46,419 bases of DNA from Priapulus caudatus (Eukaryota): NCBI RefSeq assembly GCF_000485595.1, contig NW_014577074.1, positions 46,388-92,806 of the forward strand, in the 5' to 3' direction. Each line of letters starts with the position of its first letter. Position 1 is the stretch's first letter. Made by a program: the position numbers and the translations under genes. The notes beneath the pieces are model-generated. The model was not told the DNA's origin and did not search any database. It saw only the letters and a list, made by a program, of their open reading frames with translations. Positions 13,488 through 24,819 of this stretch are shown here, piece by piece.

Positions 13488-13736
13488 GCTGAAGGGGTCG
13501 TTGTCGTATCAGGTAATACATATATGTACCCGAGGTACATATATGTATACACAAAGTGTACCAGACTTATACCAGAAGTGTACCCTAACCCTCACCCTAA
13601 CCCTAACCCTAACCATAACCATAACCATAACCCTAAACACAGGGTACATATATGCTGAGAAGATACAGGTCTGGTATACATATACGTACCTCGGGTACAT
13701 ATATGTAGTACCTGATACGACAACGACCCTTTCAGC
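13488..13736. mobile_element. 249-bp foldback MITE with 63-bp TIRs, 9-bp TSD and an internal telomere-like hexamer array (Mutator-like by TSD length)
   Basis: TIRs at 13488-13550 and 13674-13736 (3 mismatches). Exact direct repeat AACAGTGAC at 13479-13487 and 13737-13745. Nine CCCTAA/CCATAA/CCCTCA units at 13583-13636. Confidence 0.85.
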
Positions 13737-14157
13737 AACAGTGACAGTGTATGTTTTAAAACGCTATGTCGCTTTTCGACGTGCAATTCTTTTAAATTTA
13801 GATATGTTGCTATTACACACACAAGACCGCATTAGTCAACGTATGAGGAACTCTTACATATATTAAATAGTGAGTGATGTACCTGAACCAAAAATACATC
13901 ACGTATTCGGGCAGAACCGCTTACACAGCACAGGCTGGTAGAACATGTATGTCATTTTTCGGAATACGAGGAGCCCTTACATCACGCGTATAGTGACATG
14001 CTCAAACAAAAGGTGTATGTCGTGTTCGTCAGAGGGGGCTGCAGACTATCCATGCACTTCGCCAGCAACTCGCAGGCGATAAATTCCCCCCTACTAAAGT
14101 CAGTCCGTTTTACGCATAGATACCGTGATTATAGACGCGCGTTCGCTGCAAGGTTAC

Positions 14158-14614
14158 GTGATCGACGCTAATGATGCGCCATCTTTGTTTTTCGCTTCGT
14201 TCCAGTATGCGATCAACTACCACGCGATAGATTTAACTACGAAATCCCTTCTATTTCACGCGTAAATAATAATAAATATTATTTGTATTGTTAATTTTAA
14301 GCGTAACAGTAACGATTACAGACCACTAGACCACACTCAACAACGCGGTCGGAGAGACGTGCGCCGCTAGATGGGGTGATCGATGCTCATGCTGCATCAT
14401 TATTGTTTTTTTCTTCGTTCTAGTATGCGAGCAACTTCCATCAATTTATTTACCTAAGATATTCCGTCTCTTTTTTCACATGAATAATTTTCTTATTATT
14501 ACTATGATTATCATGATTATTATTATTGTTACGCGTAACAATAACGCCTACAGACTACTGGTCTTTACGTAACAACGTGATCGGAAAGAGAGACGCAAGC
14601 ACGCCGCCAGATGG
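14158..14614 (+). repeat. Diverged two-copy tandem duplication, about 218-240 bp per unit
   Basis: GTGATCGA(C/T)GCT at 14158 and 14376; CTTCGTT(C/T)AGTATGCGA in both copies; GCGTAACA..AACG..TACAGAC in both; both end in CCGC(T/C)AGATGG. Confidence 0.85.
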
Positions 14615-14689
14615 ATTACCTTTATTTTACTCGTTTTTTTAATCTACGTTCATGTTCGTTCGTTTATCTTCGGCTAAACATCAAGCTCC

Positions 14690-14990
14690 GTTATTTTTTT
14701 TATCTTTGCAGTATGACCGAAATGATCGCAATTCGTGTATCCTTGTCTCAACTTTGCCATTTTTCCTTTTTTGCAGTATGACCGAAATGTTCGCAATTCG
14801 TGTATCTTTGTCTCAACTCTGCCGTTTTTCCTTTTTTACAGTATGACCGAAATGTTCGCAATTCGTGTATCCTTGTCTCAATTCTGTTATTGTTCCTGTT
14901 TGCAGTATGACCGAGGTGTTCGCAATTCGTTTATCTTTGTCTTAACTCTATTATTTTTCCTCGTGTTTGCAGTATGGCCGAGATGTTCGC
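14690..14990 (+). repeat. ~65-bp tandem repeat containing a polypyrimidine tract, CAG acceptor, ATG and the first codons of the downstream gene
   Basis: CAGTATG(A/G)CCGA(A/G)(A/G)TG(T/A)TCGC recurs, with ATGs at 14713, 14778, 14843, 14907 and 14974 (periods 65, 65, 64, 67). Confidence 0.95.
14941..14972 (+). promoter_or_regulatory. Probable 3' splice acceptor of the coding exon
   Basis: Branch-point-like TTAAC (14942-14946), pyrimidine tract TTATTTTTCCTCGTGTTT, and GCAG ending at 14972, one base before the ATG. Confidence 0.7.
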
Positions 14991-15582
14991 GATGATGTAC
15001 GTCGGCGACGAGGACGACGACGTGCCGATGAAGCCGCTGCCGGAGCCGCCCAAGGCCGAGGTGAATGGCGGCCGCGTGCTACATCTGTCCTGCGGTGCGC
15101 TGCTCGTCGGCTTCACGTGCATCTGCCTCGAGGTCGTCAAGAACATCTATGACGTCAGCTTCTTCCACAAGGACAGCAACGTCTACTTGACTATAATGGT
15201 GCCGCTGACGGGCGTCGTCGGCGTCATCGCATCGCGCAAGATGCGCAAGTGGGTCTACGTGCTACTGCTCTACACGATCATACCGACAGCGATCACCTGC
15301 TTCATACTGCTCGTGCGCAACGCGTTCATCGTCTACTACCTGTCGCACGACGGCGCCGAGTTCCAAAGCAGCGGTACGAACGTCGACGGCATGTCTGCGC
15401 CGGACTACTACGAGCAGTTTCGCACCAAGTTCAAGATCTACCACGCCGTCGCCATCGCCGCCTGCACGTGCCAATCGATAGCCGTCTTCACGATCACGTG
15501 GCTCGGCTACTACGCGTTCAAGATCTTCCAGGTCGCCTGCTCGATCTGCCGCGATAATCTTGGCACGATAGAGAACGACTAG
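14974..15582 (+). CDS. 202-aa four-transmembrane protein, CD20/MS4A-like topology, CDS in a single exon
   Basis: Open ATG-TAG frame with strong C/G third-position bias unlike the flanks. Four hydrophobic segments (about aa 35-55, 70-87, 93-123, 155-182), an acidic/Pro N-terminal tail, TM2 ending TGVVGVIASRK with a short basic TM2-TM3 loop, and a larger TM3-TM4 loop. Family assignment is by pattern only. Confidence 0.9.
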   Translation: MAEMFAMMYVGDEDDDVPMKPLPEPPKAEVNGGRVLHLSCGALLVGFTCICLEVVKNIYDVSFFHKDSNVYLTIMVPLTGVVGVIASRKMRKWVYVLLLYTIIPTAITCFILLVRNAFIVYYLSHDGAEFQSSGTNVDGMSAPDYYEQFRTKFKIYHAVAIAACTCQSIAVFTITWLGYYAFKIFQVACSICRDNLGTIEND

Positions 15583-15859
15583 CGGCGCGTGGCCGAGACG
15601 AGAGAGAAGGAAGACTCCGAGCGACTCCATGTGCGCGCGTGTAAGACGTTTTTGCGCGCACGCGCGCGCATGCGCGGATGCATGGGATTTCTTCGATGCT
15701 GGCGCACTCTGGCGACAAACGTCCTCGCCGGTCAGCGGTTCTCGGTTTCGGGAACATGGCGGCCGCTGAAGGAAAACCACGAGGGGGAGCCACGAGTGAG
15801 AGCTAACGCGCACTACCGGATCGGTACCTGTAAGGTCATGTTCGACTGCATCAAGACAT

Positions 15860-16177
15860 GCATACACGCGCGAGCGCACGCAGGTGCAAACACTCACGCA
15901 CGAGCGCTCACAGGCACGAACACGCACAATCTCGCGCACGCACGAACGCATGAACACACGCGCGCACACATGAACAGACTCACGAACAATAACACACGCT
16001 GACAGATAGGCACGAACACACGCATACGCGCAAGTACGCGAACACACACACGCATGCATGCGTAAACACATACATGTACACTAACACATACAGTGACAGA
16101 CAAGTACGCAGCACGCACGCACACACACGCACACATACACACACACAAACACACATACGCACACACATACACACACA

Positions 16178-16252
<75 letters not shown>

Positions 16253-16263
16253 ACGCGCGCGCA

Positions 16264-16302
<39 letters not shown>

Positions 16303-16334
16303 CACGCACGCACGCACACACACACACACACACA
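15860..16334. repeat. Degenerate CA/CACG-rich tract ending in pure (CA)n and (CACG)n
   Basis: Visible repeats downstream of the CDS. Confidence 0.92.
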
Positions 16335-16643
16335 TTCGTGCAGCTAACATAGCGAGGCATATATGCCCACGGCGTCCATGTGACGCCGCATGGCGTTCAC
16401 GCGTGATAGTCGCGTGATATACGCGTTCACGCGTGATAGTCTCTGGCCGCAGATTGCGTGACACCGTGCCTGCGTGAGGCCAACAGGTGGCCACGACGTG
16501 ACGAAGTCAGACCCGCAGTTTTTCAGCCAATGTATGGCATTCAAATCATTGTAGGATCGACATAGATGGCGGTCGATGCGAGAACATCTACACACACATA
16601 CACAAGAACATCCGTGAAAATATGTCACGTGCTCTGTCGCCTT

Positions 16644-16648
16644 TATAT

Positions 16649-16718
<70 letters not shown>

Positions 16719-16733
16719 TATATATATACATAT
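16644..16733. repeat. (TA)n microsatellite
   Basis: TA run. Confidence 0.97.
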
Positions 16734-17314
16734 ACATGAGACTTTTCATATAGAGGCAAAGAATGATTAGTGAATTAGTCATGTGTCTTTATCATCGCTG
16801 TCACCTACCATTAACGTGTGCGTAAACATTGCATTCTATATACGTTTTACTAAGAACTCGCGCAACTTCCATTCTATTTACTCATATCTTTATGTTCCTG
16901 TGGTCCATGAAAACTGTACATACTACTTTGTAATTGCATGTGTTTACATTAGCACCCGTGTACAGATTATGTAAGGAAAGCGCATGACGTCGTGTGTAAG
17001 ATTCCAGTCTCATACCGCTCAATTAACAACGTTCGCTGCCGTTTGTACGGGAGCTCGCCTTCTTCATCAATTTAAAATGAGAGCAGTACGCGCGGCGCAG
17101 CATCGCCGACGCGACACTATATTTATATTCGTTATTTATTTATTCGAGTGAGGATATTTCTAATGTGTGACCTTCTAACAATTCCAGAACTGCTACTGCA
17201 CGTGCGCGCGTGTGTGCGTGCGCACGAGTCGCGCCTGCTGGCCGACTATTGGCGCATTATATCAGATACTCTAAACTAATAATCGGAATTACGTTCGCCT
17301 ATTACGCGTAGAGC

Positions 17315-17345
<31 letters not shown>

Positions 17346-18093
17346 CTCTATGCCGGAGTAGCGAACAACTATTACCAATTCTCACCATAAGCTGTCTAAC
17401 CGTGTACATATGCGTATGGCTGGAGACGAAGTCTCGCGGTATACACTACGTATCCCCAAGTCTATTATCGAAGTATATAAGGAAATAACGGTAAATACAA
17501 CATATACTTACAAGAAAAGTGCATTTGTGGTTTTCTAAGGATGTTTTGTGCGCGGTCGGCCTGGGCGCTAGAGGCGGCAATAGCTTGTCTAATGCTCGCG
17601 CGTGCGTAAGTCGCGTTTCGTGGCGCATTAGCAGGTCACGAAGCCGCTCAGGCGAATTTGTTCGCGCTAATACGGCGTCACGAAAACAAACCGGCCCACC
17701 GACAATGACGATATACGGCCGGCTCGGCGATAATAACAATACGGTGGCTTTTCGCGCTGTGCAATCAGCGTGATTGCTCGGCTTGACAGCTTCATTCAGC
17801 ATCCGGCGCGAGTTTGGCGCGAGTACCGCCGCTGCGCTGCGAACCTTTATCACGATCAGCTCATGCGTAGCTGAAGCAAGATTCGAATAGGCGCGAGGGC
17901 GAATGGGCACGAAAGAAGACTGCACAAAACAATCGCCAACCTGTCCGTCGCATGACCTTCGCCTTAATGCCCGCATTGCGCGATGTGATTTCGTGCGCGT
18001 GTGCGTATATGTGTGCATGCTTTCGTGTGCACGTGCATGGGCGCGCACGTGCCTTTGTTGTGCATGGAGGTGAGAGGACATATGTGTATGTGT

Positions 18094-18098
18094 CACCA

Positions 18099-18146
<48 letters not shown>

Positions 18147-18147
18147 T

Positions 18148-18214
<67 letters not shown>

Positions 18215-18219
18215 TTGTG
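18094..18219. repeat. Adjacent (CA)n and (TG)n runs forming an inverted repeat
   Basis: (CA)n 18100-18144, GGTG spacer, (GT)n 18149-18212. Confidence 0.93.
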
Positions 18220-18771
18220 TCCGTTTGTTGTGTTTGCCCCACCTGCTCTCTCTTGTTGTGTGTGTGGGCCTGTTCACCTTTGATTTTGTCTGTGGTTGTT
18301 TTTACGCTGTTGCTCTCGTGCACCAATACATATATCGCCTTCTGTAAACACTGAACAATTTCTCCCTGTTTTGTACACATGGCATTTCATTAATTCAATA
18401 GCATGGTATAGGTTCGCGTAATATAAGCCATAAAATAATAATAACTATAACTATTAATTAATAATGTCAACCTATATTTTGGACGATAGCACAGATGCTT
18501 CATGCAGTTAAAGGAACTGTAGCCTCTAGGATTTTACTGCATACAACTGTACTTACTGTGTAACAAATCGTCTATACTCACGCGTATTTGTTACCAGATA
18601 CCTAATTTAATTTTTATAATTATTTACATATCAACGCTACGAAATTTGAATGGCACCATGACACCCGCGACCGTGCTGCCACCCCAAAGTTGCGTATTTA
18701 ACAATTTATTTTGCAGGTTACAGACCGAGGGCTAATCACAAAAGTGCAATTATATTTATACCTAAATGCTA

Positions 18772-18999
<228 letters not shown>

Positions 19000-19450
19000 G
19001 CGTACGTGTGTACGTGTACGTGGGTGTTTGGTGCAATGGGATGTCAATATAATATGTATGCATATGTGAGCAGAAGGAAACGTGGTTACAATTCCCTCCT
19101 ATGATACGTAGTACGACGGAACTACTATCTTATTCTATTGTCTGAACCTATGCAACGAAGTCACACATCGCGGCTGCTGGGTGAAAACGCGTCTTCTGGG
19201 CCCCGCAGTAATAAAGAATAAATAATAATAATAATAAGTAATAAGTAGTAAAGAAGTGCATGAATACTATCCCACATGAAGGAGAATGCGACCGAACAAC
19301 GCAGGAAAGTGCGCATGTGTGCACGCACGCAAACAAATGAGCGCACACGCGTACACGTGAACAAAAACCGAACGCGCGCACGCGATATTACCTTTTTACT
19401 TAAGTAATGACGTCTGACGAGTAAGTCATGACGCGAAGCCACACCACACC

Positions 19451-19556
19451 ACGCCAAGCGACCTCGTCATCACGCCATACGATTATGTCATCACGCCAAG
19501 CGACTACGTCATCACGCCATACGATTATGTCATCACGCCAAGCGACTACGTCATGA
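19451..19556. repeat. 21-bp minisatellite with alternating A/B units (42-bp higher order)
   Basis: ACGCCAAGCGACTACGTCATC alternates with ACGCCATACGATTATGTCATC; five units. Confidence 0.92.
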
Positions 19557-20673
19557 CGGCAAACATGTAGAAAATTATGAAGATTTTTCAGAGTGCCAGG
19601 ATGCGACGCATTCACGACAGGAATAGGAGCACAAACGATACTCATGTCGACTGTTCGTTCTCTTTGTGTATAGCGCAAGTGCGGTCTTTTGCACATTTTC
19701 GTATTCCGCCGCAAAATATGTCCATACATTCTAATAAGCGAGACGCACGTCAGTTAAGTGCTGGCTTAGAGATTATGGTAATAAGTCAATAGCCGAGAAC
19801 GATCTCAGTAAAACCTCGCACGAAGGCCGAGCTAGCGAGAACCGGCAAAATTCGATAAGAATTTATTCTAATCAAAATGTGAGAGTGGCCGTTAATCTAT
19901 CACGTTTGTTGTCCCGTAAGATTCTCTCCGACTACCGATTATTGTTCTACTTGATAAATCCTACGCGGACCCTAGATGAATATTTAATGTCTGACATTTA
20001 AAGTGGGCAAAACCCCCAGCCATGCGTGCCTGCGAGGCGATAGACACCTACATGCACATCAACGTTTTACTTCACTACTGTAAACTATAACTCTAACGTA
20101 CGGTAAACGGGGTAGCTTCGTCAAAAGACTGGCTGCTATTTTGATTCGCAAAAACCCACAAGATGTAAGACCGCGGGCTAAACGAATGCACCGACGAATA
20201 AATATGCCACAAACAGAATGTTACACAGAATCTATACATGCACACCACAGCCCATTGCACAAAATCTATACATTTACAAATAAGTCAATAGAGCATTGCA
20301 CGAAATTTACAAAAGTAAAAATCAGCCTAATGTACTATTGCTAAATTCCATGGACGTATACTTGTATAATTTATAATGTATTCATGAGTAAATGTGCCGG
20401 TAATAATATCCTAATTGTTTAAATGCGAGTCAATGTACGTCTACATGCAATCAAACCGCGTAGGACAAGACCTCAACTAACCACCGGATAAAAACACTCT
20501 ACACAAAATCTATATGCCACGTACCATTGCGTTAATTACCCTTTAAACGCCATCTAAGAATGGGTGGCTACACAAAATCTACTAATGTACGCACGAGTCG
20601 ATAAACAATTTGGCGCAATCTTTACATCTACACGCGAGGCAAAAATACTTTTGCGCAATATCCACGCATATAC

Positions 20674-20678
20674 GCACA

Positions 20679-20757
<79 letters not shown>
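20674..20757. repeat. (CA)n microsatellite
   Basis: CA run. Confidence 0.97.
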
Positions 20758-20759
<2 letters not shown>

Positions 20760-21139
20760 CTCAAAGGACCTCTACACAAAATCGACACATCTCTACACGT
20801 GAGTCTGTGGACCTTTACACATAATCTATACACAACTGAACAGAGAGCTCTACACAAAATCTAGGCATGTACTGGACAATCAATTTACAACCGCAACTAA
20901 GGAGGCAAGTGGAAGTTAATCCATTTCAAATCACTTCGCGGAAAAAACTCGTCACAATTGATCCCCGCCAAACCTCGTTATCTCAACTAGATCTTACGAT
21001 TGCCACGCCACCCGCTGACAATTCAAATCACGTCAACATGCAAATTATAATCGAATTGCAGCCAAATTTTATTACTAACGCGAATTTATTTCGAAAATGA
21101 AATCCCCCTCATATCTCATTACGATTTGCGCGTAAACAC

Positions 21140-21402
21140 AAAAGCAGCGGCGTATATACATCGACAAACAATTTCCTTTCGAAGGCTCGCGATACATGCG
21201 CGGAGAGGACTGGAATGCAGAGACGTTCAGTTCGCTGGAGACGACGGCTACACCATCGCGACTTAACCGATCATATTTCGAGCATATCATGCTGTCAACA
21301 GGAAGTTCTACATCTTGCTGCAGACGGCGAATGACTGGAATTTCTTACCCCCAGACATCGTGACAGATGGATCAATTGATGCTTTTTGAGCGAAAGCTGT
21401 AA
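21140..21402 (+). mobile_element. Decayed 3' end of a CR1/L2-clade LINE ORF2
   Basis: 21297-21386 translates to NRKFYILLQTANDWNFLPPDIVTDGSIDAF, matching the CR1-type C-terminal pattern RKxFFxxRxxxxWNxLPxxVVxAxSxxxF. A frameshifted SLE-RRLHHRDL upstream resembles SLExRRLRGDL. Confidence 0.6.
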
Positions 21403-21580
21403 CTCGTCCATGTCGGTATCACTTCTTCGCGCTTTCTTTATTTTTAAATAAATATGCGCACAGTTTCGCGCCTCTCTTCTCACTCTTAGCTAATCTCTTC
21501 CGTCTATTTTCCTTTCCCATCGCTAGGCCTTACGGGCCGCTCATTTTATGAATAGTGATACGTATACGTAAAGAAAGGAG

Positions 21581-21582
<2 letters not shown>

Positions 21583-21626
<44 letters not shown>
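21583..21626. repeat. (TA)n microsatellite
   Basis: TA run. Confidence 0.97.
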
Positions 21627-21628
<2 letters not shown>

Positions 21629-24600
21629 TTGACTTAGAGACGCTGACCGAGGTGACGTCATCGGATTGGCCAACAGCGACGACTGGTATCTTTAGAAGAG
21701 TTGTAATCGTGTCCTTTCTTGTCAGGTAGTCCGAATTTGCACGTCATCAGACTTTGAAAAACGCAACATACTTTTAGAATGTTTACACTAGTACTCTTAC
21801 TACATGGATTTTTATGAACACACTTGGCCACATGGGACAATTACCGGCCAAAAAAACGAATGTTCGGGATGAAAAAATAGGGCGAAAAGGTCCATCATCT
21901 GCGAACCTTATCGCAGGCGGTCCAAATTTGGAAAATCTCGGACGAATCTGCTTCACTCCTTCGTTTCTTCAGTAAGATTAAAGTATGGCATCGGACGAGG
22001 TGTGTAGAGGGATGCGTCTATCGGAAACATTCCACCTTAATTGGATATTATTCTTGGTACAAATAATAAACGCGTGCTACACCAACTGGGTATGGGGCAT
22101 ACGCGCCATCGACAGCTAGATGAGAGTTTACTTACTTTAAACTGAAGTAGACTTGTATATTTCGGTTATACAGCAGGACTGTCAGGACTGTCATTGTACA
22201 ACGTGTATGTAAACGTTCACAGACGAGCATCTGCGTTGGTATGAAAACCCGAAAACAGCTTTATTGAAATTTCGCGGATGTAATAGAGATAGATATTAGT
22301 GATGTTATCTAGTATGAAATTACTACGAAGCCTATATGGTCAACTAACAGCGGGAGGAAAAGCGGAACAAATGCCAGGAGATGATCATGAATTTCAAGAT
22401 GGGTGCCACCAACTGGTGGGGTGTATACATTGATATCCATGTATACATGGTGAGCAGTGGTAGGGTATTACAGTACTATAGGCTATAGTCGGTATAATGC
22501 ATTTTTAAACCAATCATGCCGGAGTCCATAACCTTAGACTGTATTGGGCTGTAGTTTGTGGGGTAACTAGTGGGTGTATACTTATTGCAAAATGGAGGAG
22601 ATGGGGCCATAAAAGGCGACTAGAGGCATTTAGAAAAACGAGGGTCACTTTTTATCACATGGCGCGTATTACAGGAGTCAACTAACGTGGGTGGCCTGTG
22701 AAAAGAGGTAATCCCCAAGAGTCTATTCTGTAGCACCGAATTATTAGCTTAAGCTTTCGTTTGAAATTTCCCGCTTCTTATTTCGCTTCGATTTTTTAAT
22801 GAGTGAACTCCAATCTAACCCATATAATTAGACAGGCGCGATAATTGCTAAGGCGGATCTCACGCAAAACCAAACTGGAAGTTGATTTTGGGTAGATAAG
22901 TAAATAATTCTATATGTTTAGCTTGTGAGTCGGGCTCCAACAACATTTTTCGTCTATTTTTGGTTATTTTTAATTGGCGTGTTCGAACTAGGAACGTGCA
23001 AGTAATTGCCGCGCGTTCACCCTGGGAAGGGTTACCACAGCACGTATATAATGAAATATGTGCTATGGGGAGCCTTGTAAAGTAGCCGAACAAAACCACT
23101 ATTTATTCAGCGAAACTTGTAATGTAAGTCGTATTGTGATGCGTATAGCATCTGTAGTAGATAATTATTATGAAAGCTGACGGCATTCGAGAATTCATCC
23201 TATTTATTTACTTCTAAAATCACTTTCTCAAAACGCACGGATTATCCAGGGGCGCGTCCCTGTAGTAGTTATTGAGTAGCACGCTCCGATGTACCCAGCA
23301 TCGCCATAATGTATTGTACTGGCATGTTGACACGGCCATCTTTTTAGTCTCACAAATTTAAGAATCAATAATTGTTAAAAACTCAAGGAACACAAAAGCT
23401 GCAATATAGACCAACTTATGCACATAGCTAGTTTGTAGGCATTGTAACATTGTGATACGCCTCAAAAAGTAACCTCAGGATGAGAGTAAAGGAAAAGTTG
23501 AGCAAATCTCGAGGGAGTAGTTGGTTAGAGTAAGGGACTGTCGCGTAGGGACATAATCGTCAAATTTTATGTGGTCCATTATTCAATATGACAACACTTT
23601 ATTACTACGTGCCCCAGTGTATGGCCATGTGGGCATTAAATTCTTCATAAGAGGCGCGGAAAAGGAAAATAAAAATTCTAAACACTTTCATTTTTGGTCT
23701 TTATGGGAACCGCAACAGTCTGTCAGAAATATGACAGATGGATTTAATGACCAATATTTTAGCAATATTTATTTATTTATTTATCACGTGGATAATTTAC
23801 TAGTATGACCACATAATTTATTATATTATTTATGATAATTTATTTTATTTAGCATTTCTCCTCACCAGGCAATAGCATTTAACTGCGTGCAATATAATAT
23901 CATATGAGCGCGCAGCGCCATGTAGATTTATACTATCGCAATCTATAACTCACGCAAAGATTATGACGTCATCGGTTCTTATTGCCATTTACTCCGCGGG
24001 TGTTCAGTAACTACAAACTGGAAAATTCTGTCTCTTTGCCTGATTGCGTATAATCTACGTATAATATGCGTAAACGTTACGATGAAGTGGTATCTAATAT
24101 AATTGCGATTATAAAAAGAACCATATACGCGGCCAAACAGCGCATACATAATGAATACGAAAATCGAAAAATCGCCTCGTACGAATAAACATGTAAACAC
24201 ATTCCGAGAAACCCCACAGCGAGGAGGTCGATGCACTCAGTATGCGCTCACACAATGCTGTAATGTCTCATCTAACATATATTCCCGACGGATTCAAGGT
24301 TATCATTCATTTCGTCGATGGATCTTAATAATCCCGCTCGCCCCATGGGACCTCGGCGGATACGCGCCAACTCGCGATATCAAATTATCGATTCTTTTTT
24401 TTATATAAATCCGAGGCCGGAAAGGAGGAAGTAGATATATGCGATCATTGCTTACGTCGTTAGCTCGATGTCGATGTCGTGTGTGTTGTGTGTTCGACGT
24501 CGCGTGCGAGGCGTGCGGCTGCGTGTGCGTTGCGTGCGTCGCGTGCTGGGTGCGTGGTGCGTGTTTGTGTGTGGTTGTGTGGATGAGCAGGCCTATAGTG

Positions 24601-24704
24601 CGGCTTCTTCTCGTATGGTTTACGTCCAGAATTACCTCAATGATACACATATATATGTATGGATATATTATATATTATATATATATGTATTATTATATAT
24701 ATAT

Positions 24705-24741
24705 CAGGAGGTAGATAAAGGATCCTTTATCCTTACTCCTG
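24705..24741. mobile_element. Short palindromic mini-element (CAGGAG...CTCCTG) within an (AT)n tract
   Basis: CAGGAGGTAGATAAAG-GATC-CTTTATCCTTACTCCTG, with ATATATAT on both sides. Confidence 0.5.
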
Positions 24742-24819
24742 ATATATATATTATAGTATTACGAAGAGAGGGTCACGAAGATTTTGAGAGGAGGGAGAGA
24801 GGAGAGAGGGGGGGGAAGA

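Noticed and set aside
13583..13636. True telomere or chromosome fusion scar
   Set aside because: Only nine hexamers, one orientation, enclosed by TIRs and a TSD.
14690..14990. CRISPR-like repeat-spacer array
   Set aside because: The sequence between the conserved cores is homologous between units, so it is a tandem repeat; the context is eukaryotic, with no cas genes.
15249..16071. Overlapping ORFs 15249-15557 (+) and 15262-16071 (-)
   Set aside because: Shadow ORFs caused by the high GC3 of the real CDS and by downstream CA repeats.
18508..18535. TTAA-AGGAACTGTAGCC, a possible Kolobok-like terminus
   Set aside because: No matching inverted end found in the window.
21653..23975. TGACGTCATCGG (full CRE) at 21653 and 23964, the first next to ATTGG
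   Set aside because: Short motifs with no linked gene; the second is in low-quality sequence. Not enough for a promoter call.
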